Positions 52,501 through 61,650 of a DNA stretch of 64,000 nt are shown one piece after another (the first letter of the stretch is position 1; each line of letters begins with the position of its first letter). This DNA is from Obrimoposthia wandeli (taxonomy: Eukaryota), in NCBI GenBank assembly GCA_977020255.1, contig CDROCS010002642.1, positions 124,001 to 188,000 of the forward strand, written 5' to 3'. Below the pieces are notes generated by a model, which was given only the letters and a program-made list of their open reading frames with translations, made no database searches and was not told the origin of the DNA. Made by a program: the position numbers and the translations under genes.

Positions 52501-55500
52501 TCTGTTACTGTTTTCTGTTCTCAAGCAACACATATATAGAGAGAGCAGGTCTATCGCCAATTTCGGCTACCAGCTTGCTTTTTTTACATACACATGTCTA
52601 GGTGTATATACTATTGTAAATAGTGATAAGGAGGTATACTAATACAGTTATTCCATCATACACAACTGACTCCATCGCTCCTAATTAAAATAATCTTATT
52701 ATACAAAAATAAAGCAGCAGAAATTGTTCTTTCCTAATATTTTTATCATCATTTTTATTTTACCTCGACAAATTTGAAATTTATTTTTGTTCAAATAAAA
52801 GATTAATGTTTTACGGAAGTGATAAAAAATGTTAAAATTTGATTTTATATTTATGATTAGGTATTAGATATGATATTTTAGATATAATATTTTAATTTAA
52901 TTTTGTATAATGTGAATTACAACAAATAATATGAATTAAACAAAAGAAATATTTTTAGTAATTTAAGAAAAAAGTATCTTTTCAATTAATAAGGATAGTA
53001 CGAAACTCTGTATTTTATGCATTCCTTCAATTATAAATCTTGGGATTAGTTTTCACCTCTTGTCTTTTTATATACTTTTATGTTTTGCACTTGTAATTTT
53101 GAAACAATTAAATACAATATATTAAATGATACTAAGGTTATAGTGTACGCTCATATAACTTACTTTAGGGCATAATTTACTTATTAGTGAGTTTTTTACT
53201 ATGTTTATACTATCTTATTCCACAGTCCTGAAAGGGTTTTAAAGGTTTTGTTTTATTGACAACTAATATATAATTAAACTTTTTACTCAATTAATAAATG
53301 TATAATATAATTGAAAATGATTTTTACTGATATAAAAAATAAATAGTAATTGTATAATGAACAAAATGACTCTTGATTTCAAAAAATAAAGTCATTGGTT
53401 TTATTGAAAACAGTGAAAAACTCAAGTTGAAGTTGCTAAACAATATCAATTGTCAAAAGCGATGTATATTATACGAATTTTTAGAATAATTGAACATAAT
53501 ATTTATAATGTATATCATACAGTGCGGCGCAAAAGTATTTTATAATATACTATACAATATAACAGTATACAATAAATATACATACTTACCAAATTACTAA
53601 AATAATTTTTATTAAGTTCTTTTTCTTTGTAAAAGCTATTGTAGATGATATTTAATAAATCTGAAATACAAAAATTGAATTTACACTTCTGAAATTTATG
53701 ACTATTAAAATAATAACATTTAAATTGCATGCCATTAGATTAATTCTTGGAATCTAATTTTGCAGAATATAGTGTTAAATTTTCATTCTGATTAGTGTTT
53801 GTACGCTACAGTCAATTTCTCTTGCGGATTGTTTCATTTGTAAGTATTAATGAAATATTAGTGTTCTTTAAATTAATTGTGCAACTAGATAAGAGCTATA
53901 TTTTAAATAAAATTATTTAAATCTTATTTCAATATTTATAAGCATTATTTAAAATAATAATTTAATTATTCATATTATATATTAATTTCGTTTTACATAT
54001 TAATTGTAATTTATAACTTTTAATTTTTATTACATGCCCTATATTAAGTCGTATATTTTTTTGCTCATGTTGTTTTAATTCCTCTGGACATAAGTTTTTT
54101 AACCCATTAAATAAATACTCATGTATGTAGATTATTTACCCCTTAATCATTCGCCAATGCACGTCGGTTAAAAAGCACATTAAAAACATCCCCTTCTTAC
54201 CTATAGGTCGATTTTATAAAGTAGATCTTATGTGCACCAAAGTTGGCCACACCTGTACTATACAATATAACAGTATACAATAAATATACATACTTACCAA
54301 ATTACTAAAATAATAATGTTTTTTTACAAAAATGGTCTATTTTCAAATAAAATTATTTTTTTTTATTAATTATATGTTTTCTGTTTTTTTTAATATTTTT
54401 TTTCAATATTAGTAGAACATAGTTTGGCTAAAGGGCCTGTATTTTTTAAGATTATTAAATAAAAATAAGATATTTGAAATCAGAAGAAAATTTATCATAT
54501 TATGGAATAGGTACAATCTTAAAAGCTCAAAAGTAATCACCCTACTGTATAAACGATCTGGATTAACAAAGGAAAAGATTCAAATGCGAAGGTAGATTTA
54601 TGTGCGAATAGCTTCAAAAAGATCGCAAGGTTAGATTATGATGATGTAGAAGATCTTTTGATGTTGTGATTGAAACAAAGCTTGAAGTATTAGTGCTCTC
54701 ATTGGAGTTCCATTTCTGAAGTCAAAAGCTGTTCATTTTACTGAACAATTTGTGAAACAACATTTCAAAGCTAACGATGAATGGTTATATAGATTTAAGC
54801 TATGTCCTGAAATTACCTTTCAAGTTGTAAGAGAAGAAGCCGACGAGGGACTTAAACAAACGGCAGGTGATACGTTAAAAATATTACTAGGAATTATTTA
54901 CCAAATGTTATACGCAGCGCTGATTAAACAGTCGTATTCTTCCGGATTTCCTTAATAGAACGTACACTGACAAAGGTTACATATGTTCAATAGGTAACAA
55001 AACATCTTCATTTACTAGGCTAATGTAAGCAGCTTTAAGAATTTCCAAACAATTTTATTTATCTCATTTAGAAAGGAGTCAAGACAAGAAAATAAATCGA
55101 ATCTCTGCTGCTTCATGTATATTTGATGAGTTTCAACACACATTTTCTGAATGATGGATGCTGTGTTAGATGGGAGAAATCCCTAACAAATGTTTGTATG
55201 TTTTACGTTAGAATGGGCTAAACTGCTAACCACAAAGAATAGTTGGAAAAACATAGAACATTGTCCCATGCAATAAGCCAAGGCTCAAAAACAACAGAAA
55301 TTAGATAAGCTTTTTAAGTAGCTATATAATTAACAGGCAAGATCATGATATTGATTTCTTTGAACTGCTCAATTGTTCGTAGAAGTAAATAGAACAACCA
55401 TTTGGAGTTGCTTCTTAATTTAGCCCTGTTTCATTGACATTGTAGATGTCAGAGGAACTATATAATTCTAGAAGATTGGGTAACGTACAACTGAGCCATG

Positions 55501-58500
55501 TTTTAGCACCATACGTTTAACTCCACGCGTCCGATTATAAACACTTTCTTTTCTATATCCCCACTGAAACCAATCGGTTGTAGCAATGGATTCGGCAGGA
55601 CCCTATCGGTTTGAACTTCGGCTTTTTCCCTTTACATTGGTCCAGGCAATGGAACTCACTGTTCACTGGTCATTTAATTTCAAAATGAGTGTTGCATTAT
55701 TTATAATTTACATACTTCATTCCAATAAATCAATGTATTTTGAGATTGTGGTGCATTGCAAGTGTTTGCTTTTTAGAATATTCGCTTGCGGAAGTCGAAA
55801 TAAACATTTAAATATCGGTGTCTTGTCGCTCTGCATATTGGTAAGCCAGACATTATCAGGTGTGTCAAGAGTGGCTCATCTGTCGGGATCTGATGTTATT
55901 TCGATGTGCGGACTGCTCCGTTGTCTCTAGATAGCTACCCGCCCATCTTTGAAACACGATCCACTCCACAACTTAAACAAACTGCAGTATCGAGCTGGGA
56001 TCAACGACTCCACTGACATTGACTCCGACTGTGAGTTGACTCAATATGTCCTATCAAACTGGTTGTGAGCTGATTTTGTGGCTCAACAACGCTGCAGCTG
56101 CATATCAATTCCGCCATCAAATCGCCGATTTCAGATGCACCACCTCTGTGGCCGCATTAAGCAATCAAATGTTCTCTAAGTGTTTGCTTGTTTGAATGGT
56201 CGATTACGGCAGTCAAAATAAACATTTAAATATCGTTGGCTTGTTCTCCATTATGTGATAAAGGTACAAAGGTATAAATGTTTCCATTTTTCATGAATGT
56301 CACGATAAAGTCCCCTTTAAGGGGATTTCACTGCAGTATTAATAGGTATATCTACCAACTCTAATACCTATGAGTATAAACAAATTAATATGTATTTATA
56401 TTTAAAAATGTGTAAATCAAAGTCAAAAGGTATTCCAACCTTGATAAGATATATCCTAGACATAAACTCCGTTTTAAACATTGTTATATTGATATTAAAC
56501 CTTCTTCGTCTAATAAAATGGACATATCAGAAATATACAAAACATCTGGTTAAGAAGAAATTGAGTATCTAAAACCGAGAATTTAACTATCGATCATACT
56601 ACTTACAAGTTAAACATTTTGTCAATTTAATATCACCGCTCGTATTCTCTCCAAATAATCTAACTAAGAATTTCTGAATGTGGATTATAGATTCACAATT
56701 GTCGGTAACTGATTTTTATCAAATATTTATTTTAACAAAAAGAAGTATATTAATTATCAATAAAAGTATACACAATACAAATAGCTTATTAATATCAAAA
56801 TTGAAGATAAAAATATCAGTAGTATCTCTAATGACAGAGGAAACTCGACATAAACTAATTGACACATCCTGTGTATTAATTTTCCAAGGATGACGTTCCG
56901 ATGCAACCAGTATTTTTCGTGTTGAAACTGAAATGGGATAACCGTGGCTGAACTATCAAGCAGAAATGTGACAATCAGTCGTAAAATGTATTCTAAGATT
57001 GATATACGGAATAAATTTAAATCAAACTGTTTTAAATTTGATAGGAAAATATCGAGCAAAGTTAAAAATTGAGATAATCTGAGTAATTAACCCATTTATA
57101 CATGTTGTCCTATTTATAGGACACCAACTTTGATGAACGATTGTTAGACTATTGTTAGAATTTATTTATTTTTCTTTGAAATCGCTATCTACAGTATCGA
57201 TTTTTAAAACGAATTTTAAAAACAGCGTATTTCATCCGTTACATTCACAATTACAATAACAAACTATAATTCGAGGATAAGTTAATCTATTTCACTTATT
57301 TGATTATTATTCTTTTTCAAATATTATATATACATATTTATATTAGTTGGTGTGGAAGTAAAATGTACAGCATTGTAAATATATGATTGTGAATTTAGAC
57401 ATCATATTTGAAGAACAACATGAACATAGAAAGTTGAATAAATCATTTTTAACCCTATTTTCATCGCGACTTCCCAAAACATTCATTGTCGTATCTCCAA
57501 GTAAATTACACATTAGCTTATTATGGAACAGGCAAGATTATCTGAGATAGTTATTATTTCAACCGATGCAGATGCATTAACAGACGAAGATTATTTATGG
57601 TGGTGATGGATTGGTTGAAGCTCCAACAGCTAGCGGAGTGTAGTAGGTTCTTTTGAAGAGGTTCACGAATATGACAGTGCTTATGAAGAGGTAGAACCAC
57701 CAGTGAAGAAGAAAATAATGCTGGCAATGAATGTTGGAAATGTCAAGGTAAGAAGAAAACTAAATGCTGTAAACAAGAACTTGAACAGAGAAAGCAAATC
57801 ATAAAATATGTGAAACCTGTAAACTATGAACCCCATTCCTTACTTGAGTTGTTCTTTGGTGAAACTATTATAAAAATGAATTTACAACAACCCGATTGTT
57901 TCTAATTCTGCCCATCATACACTCCCAAGACGACGTCTAAACTGAAGCCAGTAACATTATTTCGGTATTGATTTGGTAAAGCAAGGTTTTTCAAGAGAAA
58001 AAAATGCGCCTTTCATGTCGCTAATAATGTTTCATTCAATGAGCAAGAAAGGTCAAAAGGTTTAAAAGTTAAACCAATGTACGACAAAATGTATGACCGA
58101 TTTCTTCAATTTAGTCTCATTGAAGCTTCTTGATGAACAGACGGTGAAATATTTTAGCACAGCAGTCTAAAACAGGTTATTTGAGGAAAATCAAAACGCT
58201 TTGAACTGAAATAGTATGTCATACAAATCGAGAAACATTGCTCTAGTGCTGCAAGGTAGTTTTTTACTTCATTCAGGCGGCTATTCTGTCATCGGAACAC
58301 TGTGTTTTCATGGACAATTTCTTCACTTACGATATTTTGTCTACACTTCAAAAATCTGATATTAGTGTTATTCATGAAAATAGAACCAGAAAACTTAAAT
58401 TGAGTAATGACAAAGAATTTAAGAAAAAGGAAAAAGAATAATGTAAAACATAATTTATGATTGGACAATAAGTGTGTCGCTGTTGACACAAACTCTTACT

Positions 58501-60980
58501 TCATAGAAGAACCAAAGGATACTGTCAAGAGGTGGTCTAAATACCATGTCTAAATACAACAACAAAATATCAAAATTCCTCCAACGTAGGAATGGTGGAG
58601 GAGATCTTCTTGGCGGCTTCGTGACCTGCTAAGTGTTAGTCATTGCTTCCAAAATATGATATAGGTGGCTCGTCACTAATCTTTTAGATATTGCAGTGGT
58701 AAATCATTGAATCTTAAATCGCAGATTAATAGGACAGTCAAAAAAGTTATGATAGTTGTCGTTTTTGAATTATTTTTTTAAATTTAACTAAGAAAGTTAC
58801 AAATATCCCAAATTATAAATTTTATTAAAATTATCAGATATTTTCTTATGTCAACCGCTAATGAGTTTAAAAACAACATGGTGGTTTACAGGTTGATTTT
58901 TTCGACAAACAAACATGTACTGCATAGAAAAATGGCCTGTAACCTTGCATTTGTGTATATAATGATAAATACATCTAGAATATCAATATGTTTTGCATAC
59001 AATTATATTTTCTCTCGTTTCTGCAGCCCAGTTCAAACACTCCCGCTTAACCCAGTCCCGCTCCTCGTCAATCATGGTGAGTACAATCATTTGTAGCCAT
59101 CCCACATCGAATGCTGATTACAGACACTGATCAATAAACGACCACAATATCTTCCATGTTGACAATGTCCACCTTAGACACACTCAGATCAATAACAATG
59201 ACTGACTCTATCTGACTCCTTCCATGCCTTTCTGTGGTGCGCCCTCGACAGGAAATGTGGTCCAAAACGACGATGTGTTATGATGCCACCACAACGGAAT
59301 CATCTACAAATATTTCTGCATGCTTTTAACACTACCTTACTTCAGAAATTCATGTGGTGAAAATATTTTGTTGAGAAAGTTTTTTCATCTTTTGTAATGA
59401 AATTCTGTATTTCTGGGAAGAATATTTGAAAATGTACAACATAAGTGGCTTGTTTATTCTATCTGAACTCCAATTTGATAAACTCTACCATTATAAACCT
59501 GAAGATTCTTTAAATTGCTTTGATAAAATTAGTTGAGTTGTTGAAATTTAAGGAAGAAATTTAGTATGGAAAAAATTATGCGATGAATTAATTTAATCTC
59601 ATGTTTACGTTTTCATTTGAATTTTTAAAGTTCTTCAAATTAGGAAAAAGAAACAAATATATAGCATATTGTGTCATTTTCAGCAATTACATCTTCAGAT
59701 CTTCGAAATTTTAAATTCCTAAGCGTACTGTGATTTAGTCTTTGTTAGTCCGACGTCGGATTATTTTTGAACCACATAAACCCTTAAATATCCTGTCTTA
59801 ACATTATTTTTCAAAAGGAAATAAGGCCTTACATTATGATATGAAAAAAAAGTATAACTTATAAAGAATCGTTTTCAACTCGAAATAACAATTATGTTTT
59901 GTATATATAATAATTGATATTATTGAAGGTCGTCTACGATAACTGCAACTTTGTGGCCATGGGATGTGAAACTTGCTACATATAGCATTGTTAGAATACT
60001 TTAGGAACATATTATTGTCTGAGTGTTGGGATTACGGAATTCTACAGCCACCTTTCACATAGGTTTGTAGAAATGTAGAGATTTTTGACTGTCGAGTTTT
60101 TCCAAAGAAATCTTCTAGCCTCTACTAAATGCAAAAGGATTTTTTTTTATTCTGCTTTCGTAGTCATCCGTTTGAAACACTCCTGAATCGCATTCTAAAG
60201 CAAAGAATAAGCCATTTCATCAGGGTTGCTTTCTGAATGTCTCACAAATCGTCCGGAAGACTTATTTAATTTAAGGTGAGCACATATTGTTTGACAGAAG
60301 ATATTATCAATTCTCCCATTCCAAATCTTACATTAAAATCCAGCATATTCATAAAACTGGTATCTATCGAATTCTGTTGCACATTGACCTGGTTGATCGT
60401 TTACAGGCGTGTTATTTCGTTTGATTCAACTATTCATTATCTAGTAATTTACATATTAGTTATCATAGTTGCCATCTTTGGACAATAAAATAATCAAAAG
60501 GTCATAAAATCTATAATCAAAATTTGGTATATTTTCATTTTTAATTATTGTGTAAATTTTATTTTATGCTAATAAAATGCGATTTTAACAATATTTTATT
60601 TAAAACTACGAAATATTATATTCGCTTAATATTTGTTCATTAAGTAGTTTCAGAAAATAAGTAATTTATATTTTTATTAGATTTTCGCAATGCAGCTGTT
60701 TTCTGCGGGTGTGGAAAATTATTGGCTCTAAAACTATAGATCACAAACTAAATAGAAAATTACAACTACTCTGTCCCATCTGTTAGTAGCCAGACATGTC
60801 AGTGTTTCATGGCTACTGCGACGATAATTCTCCGTTTTGCAGGATCAAATGTGGACTAGGAACCAATACCAGAGTGCAGGTTCTCTGCAATACATGAGTG
60901 ACCCTCACAGTGGCAGCAGCTCATACGACATGGCCCTTGGGAGGTGGGATTTCTCTCAATTGCTACTAAATTCACAATGA
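7492..60980 (+). CDS. BEST: Bestrophin-family anion channel, 10 coding exons, predicted 524 aa: join(7492-7562,7620-7727,19932-20085,24871-25066,26357-26676,37289-37474,46417-46667,52367-52467,59027-59076,60843-60980)
   Basis: Hand-spliced GT-AG model with matching phases (2,2,0,1,0,0,2,1,0); total 1575 nt = 525 codons. Family motifs: LLARWKGSLYKLLW, IPLSFLLGFFV..VVERWW, IPW, MRYL, YWIP, IPLVYTQVV, FQFLFIMGWLKVA, LLNPFG..EDF. Exons 1-7 are well supported by homology; exons 8-10 rest on splice signals, phase and GC-richer composition. Orthology to a specific BEST paralog cannot be assigned. Confidence 0.93.
7620..7727 (+). CDS. Bestrophin exon 2 (RWKGSLYKLLWVDLAVYVGMFYAIHFLYRGLNLKNK-R), TM1
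   Basis: 57-nt intron 1 ends tctcaag|; RWKGSLYKLL is the family signature; donor AG|gtgaga at 7728. Confidence 0.92.
8609..8930 (-). mobile_element. Internally deleted derivative of the same hAT family (one TIR only)
   Basis: Starts with the TIR CAGGCCCGGTTCTAG plus about 210 bp matching 41092 onward, then joins at CATG to the 5' subterminal sequence and ends at gccgccgtcggcta; second TIR and TSD absent. Confidence 0.88.
10567..14034 (+). mobile_element. hAT DNA transposon copy 1 (3468 bp), ZMYM1-like/Tip100-type transposase
   Basis: Perfect 15-bp TIRs CAGGCCCGGTTCTAG; 8-bp TSD AGTATAAG at 10559-10566 and 14035-14042; lies in bestrophin intron 2. Confidence 0.97.
11200..13814 (+). pseudogene. 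hAT transposase of copy 1, frameshifted near the start by a 28-bp deletion; 719-aa ATG-started ORF from 11655 remains open
   Basis: TTF-type Zn finger (WLVYS..KD.VFCFCC), DUF4371-like region, LDCTPD, GYDNGANM, CSAHSLNL (CxxH), TRWESR, ASAERSFS and C-terminal dimerization domain; the track ORF at 11268 starts at TTG. Confidence 0.9.
15290..18106. mobile_element. Unclassified 2.8-kb element with long terminal inverted repeats
   Basis: Perfect 56-bp inverted repeat at 15294-15349 and 18047-18102, extendable with one mismatch to TGT...ACA ends; no TSD or intact ORF found. Confidence 0.65.
17200..17290. repeat. 44-bp tandem duplication inside the TIR element
   Basis: aattataattttc(c/t)aataaattcaatc(a/g)aaaacttactaaatat twice. 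Confidence 0.8.
19932..20085 (+). CDS. Bestrophin exon 3 (NFEEIVRYCETMKTSIPLSFLLGFFVAGVVERWWMMFMAIPWLNRMAFLAD), TM2/neck
   Basis: Acceptor ttcccag|G; donor GAT|gtgagt at 20086; IPLSFLLGFFV and RWW motifs. Confidence 0.95.
22930..23250 (+). mobile_element. Tc1/mariner transposase remnant
   Basis: VF*QDEATAHFAQTVRDLL resembles FQQDGAP.H.A..VR..L. Confidence 0.55.
23870..24550 (+). mobile_element. Two short L2/CR1-type LINE fragments (23870-23960 and 24330-24550)
   Basis: Share aaaataaa(g/a)aacatt(gg/aa)tt...actgtcaaatt and gaggctatattatttg with the other copies. Confidence 0.55.
24871..25066 (+). CDS. Bestrophin exon 4 (GAIVGQTSERVRKMKMILMRYLVLSWILLMRQISKQIQERFSKKL...RDR)
   Basis: Acceptor tttggtgtag|; donor A|gtgagt at 25067; MRYL..S and RF(S) align to RY.NL and RFP. 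Confidence 0.9.
25255..25680 (+). mobile_element. piggyBac transposase remnant (C-terminal catalytic part)
   Basis: One frame reads KIILLSSTLY...EIITYYNLTKIGVDTMEQKVRNYTC...WPMVPFYDII, matching the YN.TK.GVD and RWPM motifs. Confidence 0.75.
26357..26676 (+). CDS. Bestrophin exon 5 (KIQATFRKIITDSE...YWIPLQW...IPLVYTQ)
   Basis: Acceptor ttctccag| gives the required phase 1; donor CAG|gtgaac at 26677; IPLVYTQ motif. Confidence 0.93.
28150..29260 (-). pseudogene. Degraded transposase-like ORF interrupted by the MITE
   Basis: ORF 28574-28858 (RRDDYKLL..L) continues in frame through one TAA and across the excised MITE as PPPRSNSRWNS-RAIYSLMAEL; family not identified; boundaries approximate. Confidence 0.5.
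28343..28521. mobile_element. 179-bp Tc1/mariner-type MITE
   Basis: TA on both sides (28341-28342, 28522-28523); 23-bp TIRs CAGTAATTATTCACCT(A/G)TAAGGG with one mismatch. Confidence 0.88.
31300..31560 (+). mobile_element. mariner-type transposase remnant
   Basis: YFPDCNLCDRFIF resembles YSPDL.P.D..LF. Confidence 0.5.
34200..35800 (-). pseudogene. Fossil protein-primed DNA polymerase B (Polinton/Maverick or adintovirus type)
   Basis: Collinear degraded motifs: SLDSLV (35485-35502), DVFPY (35407-35421), DAFEVLR..Y.L and EMYNMFEARIKG (ORF 35040-35267), NNLY (35019-35030), MDTDS (34590-34604), KFKDE (34444-34458), LKPKCYS (about 34388-34410), HNQQLYTI; several stops and frameshifts. Confidence 0.8.
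37289..37474 (+). CDS. Bestrophin exon 6 (VVIIAVYSYFFCQLFSSQF...FQFLFIMGWLK), TM3-TM4
   Basis: Acceptor ttttgcag|GTG; donor AAG|gttggt at 37475; AVYSYF, QF and GWLK motifs. Confidence 0.94.
38120..38410 (+). mobile_element. L2/CR1-type LINE fragment with an inverted terminal piece
   Basis: ISMWMKSRQLKINENKTE and KIKNIG*ILDENITMNCQI; segment about 38364-38410 is the reverse complement of the expected downstream sequence. Confidence 0.7.
38950..39560 (-). mobile_element. piggyBac transposase remnant
   Basis: Minus strand reads ANFSSSKPKGTVTRF...VPLPKIIPMCNEGMR*VDPKD, a degraded YN..MGGVD..D; boundaries approximate. Confidence 0.55.
39900..41000 (-). mobile_element. Possible LINE endonuclease/linker remnant
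   Basis: Only weak degraded motifs (VSGTCNV, EDHKEF) and a short ORF at 39944-40129. Confidence 0.3.
41092..44583 (-). mobile_element. hAT DNA transposon copy 2 (3492 bp), same family, opposite orientation
   Basis: Same 15-bp TIRs; 8-bp TSD GGTATTGG at 41084-41091 and 44584-44591; lies in bestrophin intron 6; only a few substitutions versus copy 1 seen by eye. Confidence 0.97.
41312..43950 (-). pseudogene. hAT transposase of copy 2 (880 aa when corrected), split by four 1-bp homopolymer deletions
   Basis: Track ORFs 43093-43950, 42479-42967, 41880-42515 and 41312-41836 are consecutive pieces of one protein; intact N-terminus MDPGKRKRLSGSQYKKIRLQRE. Confidence 0.9.
46417..46667 (+). CDS. Bestrophin exon 7 (VAICLLNPFGDAQEDFRTSEILDNNLDV...PPLIEH-D)
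   Basis: Acceptor ggtcag|GTG; donor GA|gtgagt at 46668; LLNPFG..DF...I.D.NL clasp-region motif. Confidence 0.93.
47251..47694 (+). mobile_element. L2/CR1-type LINE reverse-transcriptase C-terminal fragment
   Basis: KLTNIGVFDENLTM and LTHAINTPRLDFYNFLL resemble KNLGVI.D..L and LVHA.I.SRLDYCNSLL. Confidence 0.72.
49150..49900 (-). mobile_element. L2/CR1-type LINE RT fragment
   Basis: Minus strand RQLKMNEIKTEAILFGS then KNIG.IFDEN; same family as the other copies; boundaries approximate. Confidence 0.68.
50408..51716 (+). mobile_element. Internally deleted piggyBac element (1309 bp)
   Basis: TTAA at 50404-50407 and 51717-51720; termini CCTAATAGGGA / CCTATTAGGGA (10 of 11 match); acidic N-terminal ORF 50824-51126, then PIDFFSLFFD..LNYIVKESNAYA and ELEKVLGI.LVSGY..VP..K.YWS. 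Confidence 0.85.
52367..52467 (+). CDS. Bestrophin exon 8 (DVIALEMKPTLLMRLRRCLFSRCCKYEDDYIYPQ)
   Basis: Acceptor ttgttggtgcag|C fits phase 2; open frame; donor G|gtaaat at 52468; GC-richer island; no family motif. Confidence 0.75.
53548..54314. repeat. 59-bp perfect direct repeat (53548-53606 and 54256-54314)
   Basis: tactatacaatataacagtatacaataaatatacatacttaccaaattactaaaataat, 708 bp apart. Confidence 0.85.
54500..55150 (+). mobile_element. pogo/Tigger (CENP-B HTH) transposase remnant
   Basis: YDDVEDLLML*LKQ and FKANDEWLYRFK...ITFQVVREE resemble FKAS.GWL.RFK.R..I....GE. Confidence 0.6.
57500..58750 (+). mobile_element. piggyBac (PGBD2/3-like) transposase remnant
   Basis: Degraded collinear motifs ALTDED, LELFFGE, FHVANN, KVKPMYD, DEQTVKYF, DNKCVAV.TN, TVKRWSK, GG.DLL, LLDIAVVN; many indels. 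Confidence 0.7.
59027..59076 (+). CDS. Bestrophin exon 9 (AQFKHSRLTQSRSSSIM)
   Basis: Strong polypyrimidine acceptor tttctctcgtttctgcag| fits phase 1; donor ATG|gtgagt at 59077. Confidence 0.7.
59252..59329 (+). CDS. Candidate alternative terminal exon 10a (EMWSKTTMCYDATTTESSTNISACF*)
   Basis: Acceptor ctcgacag|GAA in phase 0, 175 nt after the exon 9 donor; start resembles exon 10 (AAATGTGG; MW[ST][KR]). Confidence 0.35.
   Translation, partial: EMWSKTTMCYDATTTESSTNISACF
60843..60980 (+). CDS. Bestrophin terminal exon 10 (DQMWTRNQYQSAGSLQYMSDPHSGSSSYDMALGRWDFSQLLLNSQ*)
   Basis: Acceptor ccgttttgcag|; phase-0 frame open to TGA at 60978-60980; AATAAA 26 nt downstream. Confidence 0.68.
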   Translation, partial: DQMWTRNQYQSAGSLQYMSDPHSGSSSYDMALGRWDFSQLLLNSQ

Positions 60981-61005
60981 ATTAGTCACCAAATATAATA
61001 TGAGA

Positions 61006-61011
61006 AATAAA
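61006..61011 (+). terminator. Candidate polyadenylation signal AATAAA of the bestrophin gene
   Basis: Canonical hexamer just after the predicted stop codon; common by chance in AT-rich DNA. Confidence 0.4.
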
Positions 61012-61349
61012 CTGAAGATACTGATTCTTAGGAAATGATTTGGAATATCTTATTGTAAAAGGTTGTGTAGAATTACAGTCTTAGTCTGTTTAAATAGACT
61101 AGTAGGTAGATGTGGCACTTCTGGAACAAAGCCCCCCCCTGAGGACAAGTCATAATAGTAGTTCAAATTTTTTGATGAGGACAAAAAATTTAGGTCAAAT
61201 TTTGAAATTTGCGCAATTTTTTTTTTGAAATGTAGGTCAAAATTTTGAATTTTTTTGAAATTTGCGCGAAAATTTTTAAAATCAATTTTATTTTGACAGA
61301 TGTAGGTCAAGGTCAAATTTCTCCCGAGTACACATGATTTTTTCAAAGG

Positions 61350-61650
61350 GCATGTCCTCATGAGCCCAAAGTTATCGTTGAGGTCTAGGTCATGAGCTCA
61401 TATGCTGATTATGAGCCCAAGGTTATTATATGATTTTGAACCCATGTGCTTACCATAAGCCTAAGGTTATTATAAGATTTTGAGCCATGTGCTTACCATG
61501 AGCCCAAGGTTATCGTCGAGGTCTAGGTTATGAGCTCATATGCCGACTATGAGCCCAAGGATATTATATGATAATGAGCTCATGAGCCCACCATGAGCCT
61601 AAGCTTATCATAAGGTTCATGAGCCCATGTGCTCACTATGAGCTCATGTC
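61350..61650. repeat. Minisatellite built from ATGAGC(C/T)CA subunits with a 138-bp higher-order period
   Basis: atgagcccaa(a/g)gttatcgt(t/c)gaggtctagg...atgagctcatatgc starts at 61360 and 61498. Confidence 0.8.

Noticed and set aside
59032-59076. Downstream acceptor for exon 9 (VQTLPLNP frame)
   Set aside because: Gives a phase-1 end that hits a stop five codons into exon 10; the upstream acceptor has the better pyrimidine tract.
61350-61650. CRISPR-like array (also considered for 156-290 and 4372-4488)
   Set aside because: No unique spacers between identical repeats, no cas genes, and a eukaryotic intron-exon context.
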